NCBI GenBank assembly: GCA_045535305.1
Contig: JAZSLJ010000007.1
Coordinates: 5,440 to 69,439 of the forward strand
Source: Acutalibacteraceae bacterium
GTDB lineage: Bacteria > Bacillota > Clostridia > Oscillospirales > Acutalibacteraceae
Reading direction: 5' to 3'
Length of the DNA stretch: 64,000 bases
Position numbers and translations under genes: made by a program. The notes under the pieces are model-generated. The model was not told the DNA's origin, searched no databases, and worked only from the letters and a program-made list of their open reading frames with translations. Each line of letters starts with the position of its first letter. Position 1 is the stretch's first letter. This document shows, piece by piece, positions 1-9,195 of this stretch.

Positions 1-732
1 TGTTAAACACAGGTTGAAATTATCGCAATCAAGGGGTTGCTCAAGAAATCTTTTAACAGTTCCCCATTTTTTTCTGCCCTCAACCTTATAGGAATCCTGC
101 ACAAAGATTTTAGCATAGCTTTCACCTGTTTCAAGTGAACGGATATCACCCGTTTTCCAATCATCAACAAATCTTGAACCTATATACGGTGTACGGAAAT
201 CAATACCGGAATTTGTATCGTTAAAAATTGTATTATTAGTATCTACACTACGCAGAAGAACGATTTTACCTCTTACCTCACCCAACAGGGGAATTCTGTT
301 TTCAAGATACCATAATTGCGGATTGGTTTGTATGTACCGTGAATAAAACTCGCTGAAAAAGTCCTTTGATCCTGTTGTATCGCGAAGCATAAAAAGTACG
401 GTTTCGCTCGGATTGCTTTTTACAAACTCAACACAATCGGCAACAACGTCATCAGCTGTAAGATTTGCGGCAAACAAACATCTGCCTTTTTTACATCTTG
501 CAATTCCGTGCATTGCTTTGAAAACACCGTTCACCAGACTGAATCTGAAATCAAAAAACCTTACACCCGCATTAAGCTGCCCTGCAACTGTCAACGACTG
601 TGTTTTGCTTATAAGGGAAAATGTTGCATAACAGGCGGTGCTGTCATGTGTGCCGGGCATATTGATCTGAGTAAGCTTCAATCCGTCGGACAAAGCTGAC
701 ATCCAGCAATTCAAATTGATTTTACCGTTCAT
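1..732 (-). CDS. phosphatidylinositol-specific phospholipase C X-domain protein (3' end runs off the window)
   Basis: Not in the ORF track because it is open at the window edge. Hand translation from the ATG at 730-732 gives MNGKINLNCWMSALSDGLKLTQINMPGTHDSTACY..FFDFRF.., which contains the PI-PLC X-box PGTHDS signature. No signal peptide and no clear SD are visible. Confidence 0.7.
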   Translation of the reverse strand, partial: MNGKINLNCWMSALSDGLKLTQINMPGTHDSTACYATFSLISKTQSLTVAGQLNAGVRFFDFRFSLVNGVFKAMHGIARCKKGRCLFAANLTADDVVADCVEFVKSNPSETVLFMLRDTTGSKDFFSEFYSRYIQTNPQLWYLENRIPLLGEVRGKIVLLRSVDTNNTIFNDTNSGIDFRTPYIGSRFVDDWKTGDIRSLETGESYAKIFVQDSYKVEGRKKWGTVKRFLEQPLDCDNFNLCLT

Positions 733-756
733 ATTTAATATTTAAAACTTTAAAAA

Positions 757-2226
757 TCAAGCTGTTTCATTTACGTTTTCTTCTGCACCGCTTATAACCT
801 TACGCTTTTCGGTAAGTGCTGCGTGAACTCTGTCTTTTTCCTTACCCCAGAGCTTGTAACGGAAGAAGGGTACGCCAGCAAGGAACATCATTATACCGTG
901 AACAACCGTATAGAAGAACAGAAGAAGGATTTTTGTTTCAAGTGTCTGTGCAGTGCCGTCGCCGAGTCCCTGCTGATACTGGATAATTGAGCTGTTACCG
1001 TAAAGAATGAAAGGTACAACACCGCTTGCGATTGCACCGCTGACCGTTCCGCCAATACCGATAATAAAGTCAAGACCTGCATCAAGTCTTTTGCCTGTTT
1101 CAAGCTCGATATCATCAAGAATATCAGCCTTGAACATATTGGGAAGAAGATTGGATGCACCGAACTGCAAACCTGTAAGGAACAGACAAGCTACAAAAAT
1201 AACATTAAGCCATGAAAGATGTGTATTGTTAAGGTAAATATATCCTACACCGAAGGCAATACAGTTGACTACTACGGAATATGCGCCTGACGCAATATAC
1301 AACACACGGCTGTTGAACTTTTTAAGAAGAGCGTTGATAATAAGCATACCAACCATTGTACCTATACCTACAGGCAGAGCAAAAATAAGTGTTTTACTTG
1401 ATGAGCCTAACATTGCAGCAGCGATGAAGGGCTGCATAAAGGTTGCGATACCTCTGAAGCCTTTAAGAAATTCAGAAAAGAGTACAACTCTTGCGTGCTT
1501 GTTTTTAATAACATCAGCAAAACCTTCAAGAGGATTTTTCTTCTCCTGCTTATAGGGAATACGCTCTTTGATTACGCTCATTGCAAGAAGCATTGTAACC
1601 GTACCTACCACACTGCAAAGCACAGCAGAAAGGAAGTAGTTGAGTGCGTTATCTTCATATCCCTTTACAGCCTTGATAATAAGACCCATAACAAGAACAA
1701 CTACAAGCGGAGCAGAATTACCTACTGCACTGGAAATACTTCTGAAAGAAAGAATTTTTTCTCTTTCTTTACTGTTGGGGGACATAACAACGGCAACCAT
1801 ATTGATTGTATTACCAAAATAGAAGCAAAGACCCTGAATAATTGCAAGAGCACATATGTACACAAGAAGAACTGTGGGATTGTTTGCAATAAAATCGGGA
1901 ATAAAGAAAATCAAAGATGTAACTACGCCGCAGGGAATTGCAAAAATAAGCCCCAAAGGCTTGAATTTACTGCCGTTCTTTACCTTTTTGTTGTCAAGAA
2001 TCATTGCATAAACAAAGCTTAACACAAAGCCCGCTATACTTGTAAATACGTTGAAAAATGACATTGAACCTTCGGGTACCTGAAGAATATCAACAAGATA
2101 TGCTTTTCTGTACTCGTTTATCATACCTGTCATCATGGTATAGAAAAAAACGGCTACAAGATAAAGCACCCATTCTTTCGTTTTAAGATATTTTTTTTCT
2201 TCGGTTGCAGGATTACTCATCTGCAA
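757..2226 (-). CDS. GPH/MFS-family glycoside-cation symporter
   Basis: 489-aa ORF with about 12 hydrophobic segments. The overall look matches melibiose/glucuronide (GPH) symporters. A long antisense ORF on the plus strand was ignored. Confidence 0.8.
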   Translation of the reverse strand: MQMSNPATEEKKYLKTKEWVLYLVAVFFYTMMTGMINEYRKAYLVDILQVPEGSMSFFNVFTSIAGFVLSFVYAMILDNKKVKNGSKFKPLGLIFAIPCGVVTSLIFFIPDFIANNPTVLLVYICALAIIQGLCFYFGNTINMVAVVMSPNSKEREKILSFRSISSAVGNSAPLVVVLVMGLIIKAVKGYEDNALNYFLSAVLCSVVGTVTMLLAMSVIKERIPYKQEKKNPLEGFADVIKNKHARVVLFSEFLKGFRGIATFMQPFIAAAMLGSSSKTLIFALPVGIGTMVGMLIINALLKKFNSRVLYIASGAYSVVVNCIAFGVGYIYLNNTHLSWLNVIFVACLFLTGLQFGASNLLPNMFKADILDDIELETGKRLDAGLDFIIGIGGTVSGAIASGVVPFILYGNSSIIQYQQGLGDGTAQTLETKILLLFFYTVVHGIMMFLAGVPFFRYKLWGKEKDRVHAALTEKRKVISGAEENVNETA

Positions 2227-2420
2227 ACCCCTCCTTTTTGCAGTTTGTACAAAAAAAATACAAGCTTATTTCTATTTATGTATTATAACATCTGTATAAT
2301 AATAAATCAATAAATTTTTCATCATTAATTATTATATTTTTTATTATTGCTTTAATATCCCGAATATGGTATATTTATTATAATATAATTAGTCTGCACA
2401 AATAAAAGGAGTTGAATTTT

Positions 2421-3410
2421 ATGCCAAAATCAATTAACCAGAAACTTAAGCTTTTATACATAGCAGATTATCTTAAACTCAAATCCGATGAAAATCATCC
2501 CATTTCCGCAGATGAGCTTCGCAATATGCTTGCAAATCAGGGAATTGACGCCGAAAGAAAGAGCATATACGCCGATATTGATGCATTACGTCAATTCGGA
2601 ATGGATATAGAAACAACACGCGGCAGAAACGGCGGTATTGTACTTTTATCAAAGGATTTTGAACTTACCGAGCTTAAACTGCTTGTTGATGCTGTGCAGT
2701 CATCAAGATTCATAACCGAGAAAAAGAGTTATGCACTCATAAAAAAAATAAGCTCACTTTCAAGTGAATACGACCGTAAGGAACTGCAGAGATTTGTTTA
2801 CATCTCCAACCGAATCAAAACAGAAAACGAATCGATATATTACAGCACGGATAACATTTACAGGGCAATAAATGACGACAGACAGATTTCTTTTTATTAT
2901 TTTAACTACGGTGCTGACTATAAGAAAAAATATCACAACAACAAAACGCCCATAACCGTCAGTCCCTTTGCATTACAGTTTGACAGCGACAGGTACTATA
3001 TGATTGCATTTGATTCCAATGCAGGCATTATCAAGCATTACCGTGTTGATAAAATGGAAAATGTTAAAATTCTTGAAGAAGCACGCGACGGCAAAGGCAA
3101 TTTCAGAGATTTTGACCTTGCAAAATACGCAAATGCAACCATAACTATGTTCGGCGGCGACATTGAAACCGTTACACTTGAATGTCCCGATGAATTTGCA
3201 GGTGCAATTATTGATAAATTCGGCAAAAAATGCAGATTTATCCCGAAAGAAAACGGAGAATACTCCGTAAGAGTAAATGCCGCACTGTCCCCTACCCTGT
3301 ACTCCTGGGTGTTCACTTTCGGCGGAAAAATAAAAATAACCGCTCCGCCAAGAGCAGTTGATGAATATAAGCAGCAATTAACAGACTCATTGAAAAGCTG
3401 TGAAAATTAA
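2421..3410 (+). CDS. HTH-WYL domain transcriptional regulator
   Basis: N-terminal wHTH (SADELRNMLANQGIDAERKSIYADIDALRQFG) and a central WYL-type block (DRYYMIAFDS..IKHYRVDKMENVKIL). AAAGGAG SD lies 9 nt before the ATG at 2421; the track's TTG at 2412 overlaps the SD. Confidence 0.8.
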   Translation: MPKSINQKLKLLYIADYLKLKSDENHPISADELRNMLANQGIDAERKSIYADIDALRQFGMDIETTRGRNGGIVLLSKDFELTELKLLVDAVQSSRFITEKKSYALIKKISSLSSEYDRKELQRFVYISNRIKTENESIYYSTDNIYRAINDDRQISFYYFNYGADYKKKYHNNKTPITVSPFALQFDSDRYYMIAFDSNAGIIKHYRVDKMENVKILEEARDGKGNFRDFDLAKYANATITMFGGDIETVTLECPDEFAGAIIDKFGKKCRFIPKENGEYSVRVNAALSPTLYSWVFTFGGKIKITAPPRAVDEYKQQLTDSLKSCEN

Positions 3411-3416
3411 AAATTA

Positions 3417-3457
3417 AGGAGATGTAAAAAAACTCGTTTTTTTACATCTCCTTTTTA
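3417..3457 (+). terminator. rho-independent terminator of the WYL regulator gene
   Basis: Perfect 16-bp stem AGGAGATGTAAAAAAA / TTTTTTTACATCTCCT with loop CTCG, followed by TTTTT. Confidence 0.85.
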
Positions 3458-3480
3458 GGGGTTAGGAAAAAATGCGCAGA

Positions 3481-3570
3481 ATGAACAAACCGAGCCAAAA
3501 TAAAGCGAAAAGCTTTATTTTGGGTTACCCGACGGCGTACAAAAGTACTCCGAGGGCGAGGTTTGTTTAT
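3481..3570. other. about 90-nt Y-shaped palindromic intergenic element (unknown; REP-like or sRNA)
   Basis: Outer stem 3481-3491/3560-3570 (ATGAACAAACC / GGTTTGTTTAT). It encloses a 12-bp hairpin CCAAAATAAAGC-GAAAA-GCTTTATTTTGG (3495-3523) and an imperfect hairpin centred on GTAC-AAAA-GTAC (3528-3556). Confidence 0.4.
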
Positions 3571-3628
3571 AGCATAAAACACAAAAACATCATTTTTTTG
3601 TTTATTTTTTAAGATTTTTTTATATTTA

Positions 3629-3667
3629 AAAGGGTTCCTTTGGTCATTTAAAACCGAGGAACCCTTT
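3629..3667. terminator. bidirectional hairpin downstream of the patatin gene
   Basis: AAAGGGTTCC ... GGAACCCTTT stem, with T-runs on both strands. Confidence 0.6.
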
Positions 3668-3712
3668 ATTTTTCTTGTTTTATGCGGTCTGCACTTTTTT
3701 TACAGCCCCTTA

Positions 3713-4570
3713 TTATTTAAGCATTTTGCGTATTGCCGCAAGGTTCTTTTTCGCATCACGCTGACCGTTTTCATAAAGACTGTTTACAACCTCTTCATTT
3801 TTAGCAAGCGTAGCCGCACCCTGAATTTCCTCAGGTGAAAAGATAAGGGCTTTACCTTCTTTTTCATATTCCTTAAGACAGCGCATCTGATAATTGTAAA
3901 TAGCAGGTCTGTCTTCCACAACGTCGGATATTTTAGGATATTCCCTTAAAATAGTGTTACCGAGAATTGCAGTACCGGGGATTTTATCCTTTTTTTGTTC
4001 AACGGGAGCAGAAAGCACTACAACAATTTTATCGCAGCCGTCATCAAATGCCTTTCTGAAAGGTATAGGCTCTGCAAGTCCGCCGTCAAAGTAGAGCTTA
4101 CCCTCTATTTCTATGGGTTTGCTGACTACGGGAATACAACAGGATGCACAGATAATTTTAATAAGCGAAGCTCTGTCCCACATATCTCTGCGTGTAAAAT
4201 AACGGGTTTCACCGCTTTCACCGTCTGTTGCGCTTACTGTAAATGGCTTATCGGATGTATAAAATTTGCCGAAATCGAAAGGATTGCTTCCGTCTGCGCC
4301 GAAATAATCTTCGCCGACCTTTTCGTAATGCATATATGCGCCCTTATGAACAAGGTTTGAAATGCTCAGATATTTATCCCCCGTTGCACTTTCACGGTAC
4401 ATAGAGATATTCCTGCCCTTTTCACCTGCCATATATGACAGCAGATTCATACTGCCTGCAGAAACGCCCAGGTAATAATCAAAATATATTCCGTTATCCA
4501 TAAGATAATCGTACAAACCTGCGGAATATGCACATTTCATACCGCCGCCAACATCAATTATACCTGTCAT
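3713..4570 (-). CDS. patatin-like phospholipase
   Basis: GGGMKCAYSAG oxyanion block, GVSAGS (GxSxG) nucleophile elbow and FDGGL catalytic Asp motif. Confidence 0.85.
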   Translation of the reverse strand: MTGIIDVGGGMKCAYSAGLYDYLMDNGIYFDYYLGVSAGSMNLLSYMAGEKGRNISMYRESATGDKYLSISNLVHKGAYMHYEKVGEDYFGADGSNPFDFGKFYTSDKPFTVSATDGESGETRYFTRRDMWDRASLIKIICASCCIPVVSKPIEIEGKLYFDGGLAEPIPFRKAFDDGCDKIVVVLSAPVEQKKDKIPGTAILGNTILREYPKISDVVEDRPAIYNYQMRCLKEYEKEGKALIFSPEEIQGAATLAKNEEVVNSLYENGQRDAKKNLAAIRKMLK

Positions 4571-4595
4571 AATGCTTCATCCTTTCAAAAAAATA

Positions 4596-5798
4596 TTAAA
4601 GATACTCTTTACCTGTAAGATAACGCCATGCGGCTATATATTTTGTTGCCGAACGGGGAATTGAACTTCTTATATCAAAGTAATTCTTGTCATCAATAAG
4701 AACAAGAGCTGAATTTGAAACTGACTGAACGGTAATCTTGTCAAAAGGCATTACATAATCCTCGCCGTTGATTTTAACTACAAATCTGTCTTTATACAAC
4801 TGAACAACGCCCTCTTCTGTAAGAACCTCCCTGTTTGTTCCGTCAATGGAAAGGATTTTCTGTTTTCCGTCCTCATGAATCAACTCACCGTCTTTGGCAG
4901 CAAAAAGCTTTTCCTTCCAGACCTCACGCTGCCATTTATCCCAATCGCAGGTGTTATCAAATATTACCTCTTTGCCGTCTATACCGTGGAAAAATGCATC
5001 TGTGCCGACTCTTATACCGTAGCCGCAGTTATCACATTTGCAGTAATCCCCTTTACTGTGAAGTGTACCTACCTGCTTACATTCGGGACAAACGTAAATA
5101 ATACATTCAAGATGCTCTGCAAGATTTTTGCCCACATATTCGTAAGGATTCTTTCTCTGCTCGTCATAGCAGTTTACATAAGTATCTCTTTTGATAATTT
5201 CGTAAACCTCGTCAACTGACATAGCCGCAATTTCTTCGGCAGAATACTCTTTTACAACTTTACCGAAAACAGGGCCTTTTCTTACATTCATAGTCCACTT
5301 GGGCCATCTTAAATAACCGCCTATAAACTTGTATGTAATAAGGGCTGTTCCGCAGTCCTTAACCATCTGCGCGGTACGCTTTGAAATAAATCTTGTTTCA
5401 CCGTTAAAGGATGTACCACCCTCAGCAAATATTGCAACAGGCACACCTGCTCTTGCATTGGCAACGATTTCATCAATAAGAAACTGAGAATCCTTTTCAC
5501 GGTGCTTTACGATAACTCCGCCGAGCTTTCTTACAATCCAACCGCCTATGGGTGCTCTTGCAATATGATCGCTTGCAATAAATCTTATATATTTATTAAG
5601 CGACGCCATAATATATCCGGGGTCAAGAGCATCTGCGTGGTTTGAAACAACAATAAATACATCACTCTTGGGGGTATATTTTTCAATCTGTATACCTGTA
5701 AGCTTCATAACAGGTCTTTTGAATATTTTAACAAAAGGTTCTACAATAGCAGCATTAAAGCGACTGCTGCTGTAAAGTTTGTTACTTTTATCACTCAT
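4596..5798 (-). CDS. PlsC-type (lyso)phospholipid acyltransferase with a C-terminal zinc-ribbon domain
   Basis: NHADALDP (Hx4D) and FAEGGTS acyltransferase motifs, then CPECK..CDNCG. The start ATG overlaps the upstream stop (TAATG), indicating translational coupling. Confidence 0.8.
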   Translation of the reverse strand: MSDKSNKLYSSSRFNAAIVEPFVKIFKRPVMKLTGIQIEKYTPKSDVFIVVSNHADALDPGYIMASLNKYIRFIASDHIARAPIGGWIVRKLGGVIVKHREKDSQFLIDEIVANARAGVPVAIFAEGGTSFNGETRFISKRTAQMVKDCGTALITYKFIGGYLRWPKWTMNVRKGPVFGKVVKEYSAEEIAAMSVDEVYEIIKRDTYVNCYDEQRKNPYEYVGKNLAEHLECIIYVCPECKQVGTLHSKGDYCKCDNCGYGIRVGTDAFFHGIDGKEVIFDNTCDWDKWQREVWKEKLFAAKDGELIHEDGKQKILSIDGTNREVLTEEGVVQLYKDRFVVKINGEDYVMPFDKITVQSVSNSALVLIDDKNYFDIRSSIPRSATKYIAAWRYLTGKEYL

Positions 5799-7492
5799 TA
5801 TTTTGCCTCCTCTGATTCTGCTTCGAGTTCAAGTGTGCGGTAAGCTACCTTACCAACAAGTGTTCTGGGCAATTCTTTACGGAATATTATCTGTTTGGGT
5901 CTTTCAAAAACATCAAGATATTCCTTGCAGTATTCAAGAATCTTCTTTTTCTCTTCTTCAGTTTCGGGAACATCGGGATTGAGTACGATATATGCCCTTA
6001 CTTTCTGAATTTTATAAGCGTCCTTAACACCGATAACGCAACAATAGTCAACATCGGGATGACCGTCAATAACCTTTTCAACATGAGAGGGATATACGTT
6101 ATATCCGCTGGAAATAATCATTCTTTTAAGACGCTGTTTATAATAAACATAGCCGTCCTCGTCGATTGAACCCAAATCACCCGTAAAGAGCCATTTTGTG
6201 CCGTTTTCATCGTAACGGAGAGTTTTTTCGTTTTCTTCTTCGTTTTTAAGATAGCCTAACATAAGCGTCGGTCCGCTTATGATAATTTCACCGTCCTTAC
6301 CGCAAGGCACTTCATTGAATGTACCGGGCTCAACTATTTTGTATTTCATATCACGCAGGGGCAGACCGATACTGCCCTTTTTAAACGTATGGGCAGGAGT
6401 AAGACAGCTTGCATTGATACATTCTGTAAGACCGTAGCCTTCACGGATCTGCACCGATGCATTATGCTCCTTGAAAAATTTATTTACTCTTTCACGCAAT
6501 TCCTCACTTACCTTATCGCCGCCGCAGTAAACGCCTACAAGGAAAGACAGATCCTGACCTTTGAAAGCATCAACACCGAGCAAAGCCTCAAAAAGTGTAG
6601 GAACACCGGCTATAAAGTTGGGCTTTTTCTTGATAATAGCCTCTGCGTAGGTATCCTTTGTAAATTGAGGAATCAGAATACATTCCGCACCGTTTTCAAG
6701 AATAGCGTGTATACCGATTGCTATACCGAAGCCGTGAAAAAGGGGCATAACAGAAAGAAATGAGCAGCCGTAAGTAAGATTGCATCCGCAAACATCGGCA
6801 ACCTGCATACCGATAGCGTTAAATCCGTAATCGGAAAGGCAGATGCCCTTTGGAGTGCCGCTTGTACCGCCACTGTAAAGGATGACGGCAGTTTTTTCTT
6901 TTTCGTACTGCATAACGGGAAGCTTTACGCCTATACCCGTACGCACAAAATCACTCCATACAACACCTTTGCCTTTATATGGGTATTTACGGTATTCCTT
7001 ACCCTGGGTAAGAGCGTAGCCTGCCGCAAGAATGGGATTAAGCTCCTCTGAAATACGGGCAACAATGATTCTTACATCTCTTTTTGCTTCCTTGACAGCA
7101 TCCAGCACCTTGTCATAAAACTGGTCAAGACAAAGAATCATCTTGCTGTCTGCATAATCAAGATAAAAAGTTATATTCTTCTTTGATGAAAGAGGATGTA
7201 TAATATTTGCAACAGCTCCTATTCTGTTAAGAGCGTAAAGGCAAATTACAGCCTGCGGAGTGTTGGGCATACTGATTGTAACAACGTCGTTTCTTCTGAT
7301 GCCTGCTTTATAAAATGCTTTTGCCGCAAGCTCAGCTTTTCTTATAAGCTCGGAAAACGTTGTGATACTGCCCATAAACTCAAGTGCGGGAGCTTTGGGG
7401 AAACGGGTTGCCGCATCTGCAACTGCACCGAACATAGTTGTTTCGGGATAGGGATGCACAACCGGTGTCCAATCAATAGGTGGCTTTTTCAT
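5798..7492 (-). CDS. AMP-dependent acyl-CoA/acyl-carrier synthetase (long-chain fatty acid ligase-like)
   Basis: ILYSGGTSGTPKG AMP-binding P-loop, GYGLTE, and GDLG..DEDGY..RLK C-terminal motifs. Confidence 0.85.
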   Translation of the reverse strand: MKKPPIDWTPVVHPYPETTMFGAVADAATRFPKAPALEFMGSITTFSELIRKAELAAKAFYKAGIRRNDVVTISMPNTPQAVICLYALNRIGAVANIIHPLSSKKNITFYLDYADSKMILCLDQFYDKVLDAVKEAKRDVRIIVARISEELNPILAAGYALTQGKEYRKYPYKGKGVVWSDFVRTGIGVKLPVMQYEKEKTAVILYSGGTSGTPKGICLSDYGFNAIGMQVADVCGCNLTYGCSFLSVMPLFHGFGIAIGIHAILENGAECILIPQFTKDTYAEAIIKKKPNFIAGVPTLFEALLGVDAFKGQDLSFLVGVYCGGDKVSEELRERVNKFFKEHNASVQIREGYGLTECINASCLTPAHTFKKGSIGLPLRDMKYKIVEPGTFNEVPCGKDGEIIISGPTLMLGYLKNEEENEKTLRYDENGTKWLFTGDLGSIDEDGYVYYKQRLKRMIISSGYNVYPSHVEKVIDGHPDVDYCCVIGVKDAYKIQKVRAYIVLNPDVPETEEEKKKILEYCKEYLDVFERPKQIIFRKELPRTLVGKVAYRTLELEAESEEAK

Positions 7493-7544
7493 TTTGTTTC
7501 CTCCAAAAAAATAAATACTGCAATAAATGCTTATAGTCTATTCA

Positions 7545-7573
7545 ATTATAAACTAAATTAAAAAATTTTGCAA
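7545..7573 (-). promoter_or_regulatory. sigma-A type promoter of the ligase-acyltransferase-patatin operon
   Basis: TTGCAA-17 nt-TATAAT on the minus strand, about 50 nt upstream of the GGAGG SD. Confidence 0.55.
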
Positions 7574-7654
7574 CATAATTATTATTGCATTTTAATTTAT
7601 TTTAACTATTGATAATTTTTTTACCGGAATATATAATAAAACAGAGGTGAGCTT

Positions 7655-9076
7655 ATGAAAGTCAAAAATGCCTGGTGTATAAAAAACAACGGCAAACCTG
7701 TTATAAATGAAGAAATTAAAAGATATATTTCCGTGCGGCCGTCGGAAAGACAGCTTATGTGGCATTCAATGCAATACTACAACTTTATTCATTTCGGCAT
7801 AAACACATTCACAAACCGCGAATGGGGCGACGGCACGGAAGATGTAAATTTATTCAATCCCACAGAACTAAGTACCGACCAATGGTGCCGAGTTTTAAAG
7901 GACAGCGGTTCAAAAGGAATTATTTTTACAGCAAAGCATCACGACGGCTTCTGTCTTTTTGACACAAAATATACCGACCATTCCGTAATGAAAAGCCCCT
8001 ACGGCAAGGATATTGTAAAGCAGTTAAGCGAAAGCTGTAAAAAATTCGGTCTTAAGCTGGGAATTTATTTATCCCCATGGGACAGGCATGAAAAAACCTA
8101 CGGTACGGAAGAATATAACGACTTTTTTGTAAATCAGCTTACCGAGCTTTGCACAAACTACGGCGAGCTTTTCTGCTTCTGGTTTGACGGTGCTTGCGGT
8201 GAAGGCAAAAACGGCAGAAAGCAGATTTATGATTGGGAAAGATATTATGCTGTTATAAGAAAACATCAGCCTAATGCGGTTATTGCAAACTGCGGCCCTG
8301 ATGTACGCTGGATAGGCAACGAAGGCGGCAGAGTCAGAAAATCCGAATGGAATATTATTCATTGGACTGCTAAAACTAATGAAAAAACTCAGGCAAACTC
8401 ACAGCAATATGAAAATAACAGTTCTGCGATATTTGACCGAACAGAAGAAGATATAGGCAGCAGAAAAGTGCTTAAAAAGGCTACCGAACTGCGTTGGTGC
8501 CCTGCAGAAGCAGATGTTTCCGTTACTCAAGGCTGGTTCTGGCACGATGATGAATATTACAAAGATGCAAAAAACGGCGGTATAAGAACACCTCGGGAGC
8601 TTGCTGATATTTATTACAACACAGTTGGCGGAAATGCGGCTTTACTTTTAAATGTTCCGCCCGACACAAGAGGTATTATCAGCGACAGAGAAATTAATAC
8701 TCTGTATGAATTTTCATCAATTATCAAAAAGACATTCAGCGAAAACATACCCTTTGAAATGTTGATTATTGATAAAAACGGAGAAGAATTTTTAACCGAT
8801 TGGGCAGGATTTATGCTGCAGGAAAACGAGGTTGGTGCAAAGATAACCCCCGTAGACAAATTCCGCACTATGGTTATTGAGGAAGATATAAGATACAGTC
8901 AGCGTGTGGAAGAATTTGAGCTGTTTGCTGACGGCAAAAAAATAAAAACAGGCACAACAATCGGCTCTTGCAAAATTATGCATTTCCCCGACGGAATAGA
9001 TGCAGACGAAATAATCTTTGTTGTAACACAGTCAAGAGGCAACCCGATTATTAAGAGTATAAAATTATATAAATAA
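7655..9076 (+). CDS. alpha-L-fucosidase (GH29)
   Basis: FIHFGINTF..EWG, AKHHDGFCLFDT and FWFDGA blocks typical of GH29, plus a C-terminal beta-sandwich. Confidence 0.85.
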   Translation: MKVKNAWCIKNNGKPVINEEIKRYISVRPSERQLMWHSMQYYNFIHFGINTFTNREWGDGTEDVNLFNPTELSTDQWCRVLKDSGSKGIIFTAKHHDGFCLFDTKYTDHSVMKSPYGKDIVKQLSESCKKFGLKLGIYLSPWDRHEKTYGTEEYNDFFVNQLTELCTNYGELFCFWFDGACGEGKNGRKQIYDWERYYAVIRKHQPNAVIANCGPDVRWIGNEGGRVRKSEWNIIHWTAKTNEKTQANSQQYENNSSAIFDRTEEDIGSRKVLKKATELRWCPAEADVSVTQGWFWHDDEYYKDAKNGGIRTPRELADIYYNTVGGNAALLLNVPPDTRGIISDREINTLYEFSSIIKKTFSENIPFEMLIIDKNGEEFLTDWAGFMLQENEVGAKITPVDKFRTMVIEEDIRYSQRVEEFELFADGKKIKTGTTIGSCKIMHFPDGIDADEIIFVVTQSRGNPIIKSIKLYK

Positions 9077-9195
9077 ACTCAGCAAACGTTTACATTTATT
9101 AACAAATCAATACAAAAAATACACTCTTTTCATTTGACAACATAATAATACTCATGCTATAATTTTTTTAACAAAAAAATAAAGGAGTTTTTTTA

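Noticed and set aside
1495-2022. 175-aa plus-strand ORF (and neighbours at 1007..1822)
   Set aside because: These ORFs are antisense to the GPH transporter. They have no SD and no motifs.
2421-4570. WYL regulator plus patatin as a CBASS-like (CapW/CapV) defence module
   Set aside because: No CD-NTase or other signalling gene is present. The genes are convergent and separated by terminators. The patatin gene is the last gene of a lipid-metabolism operon.
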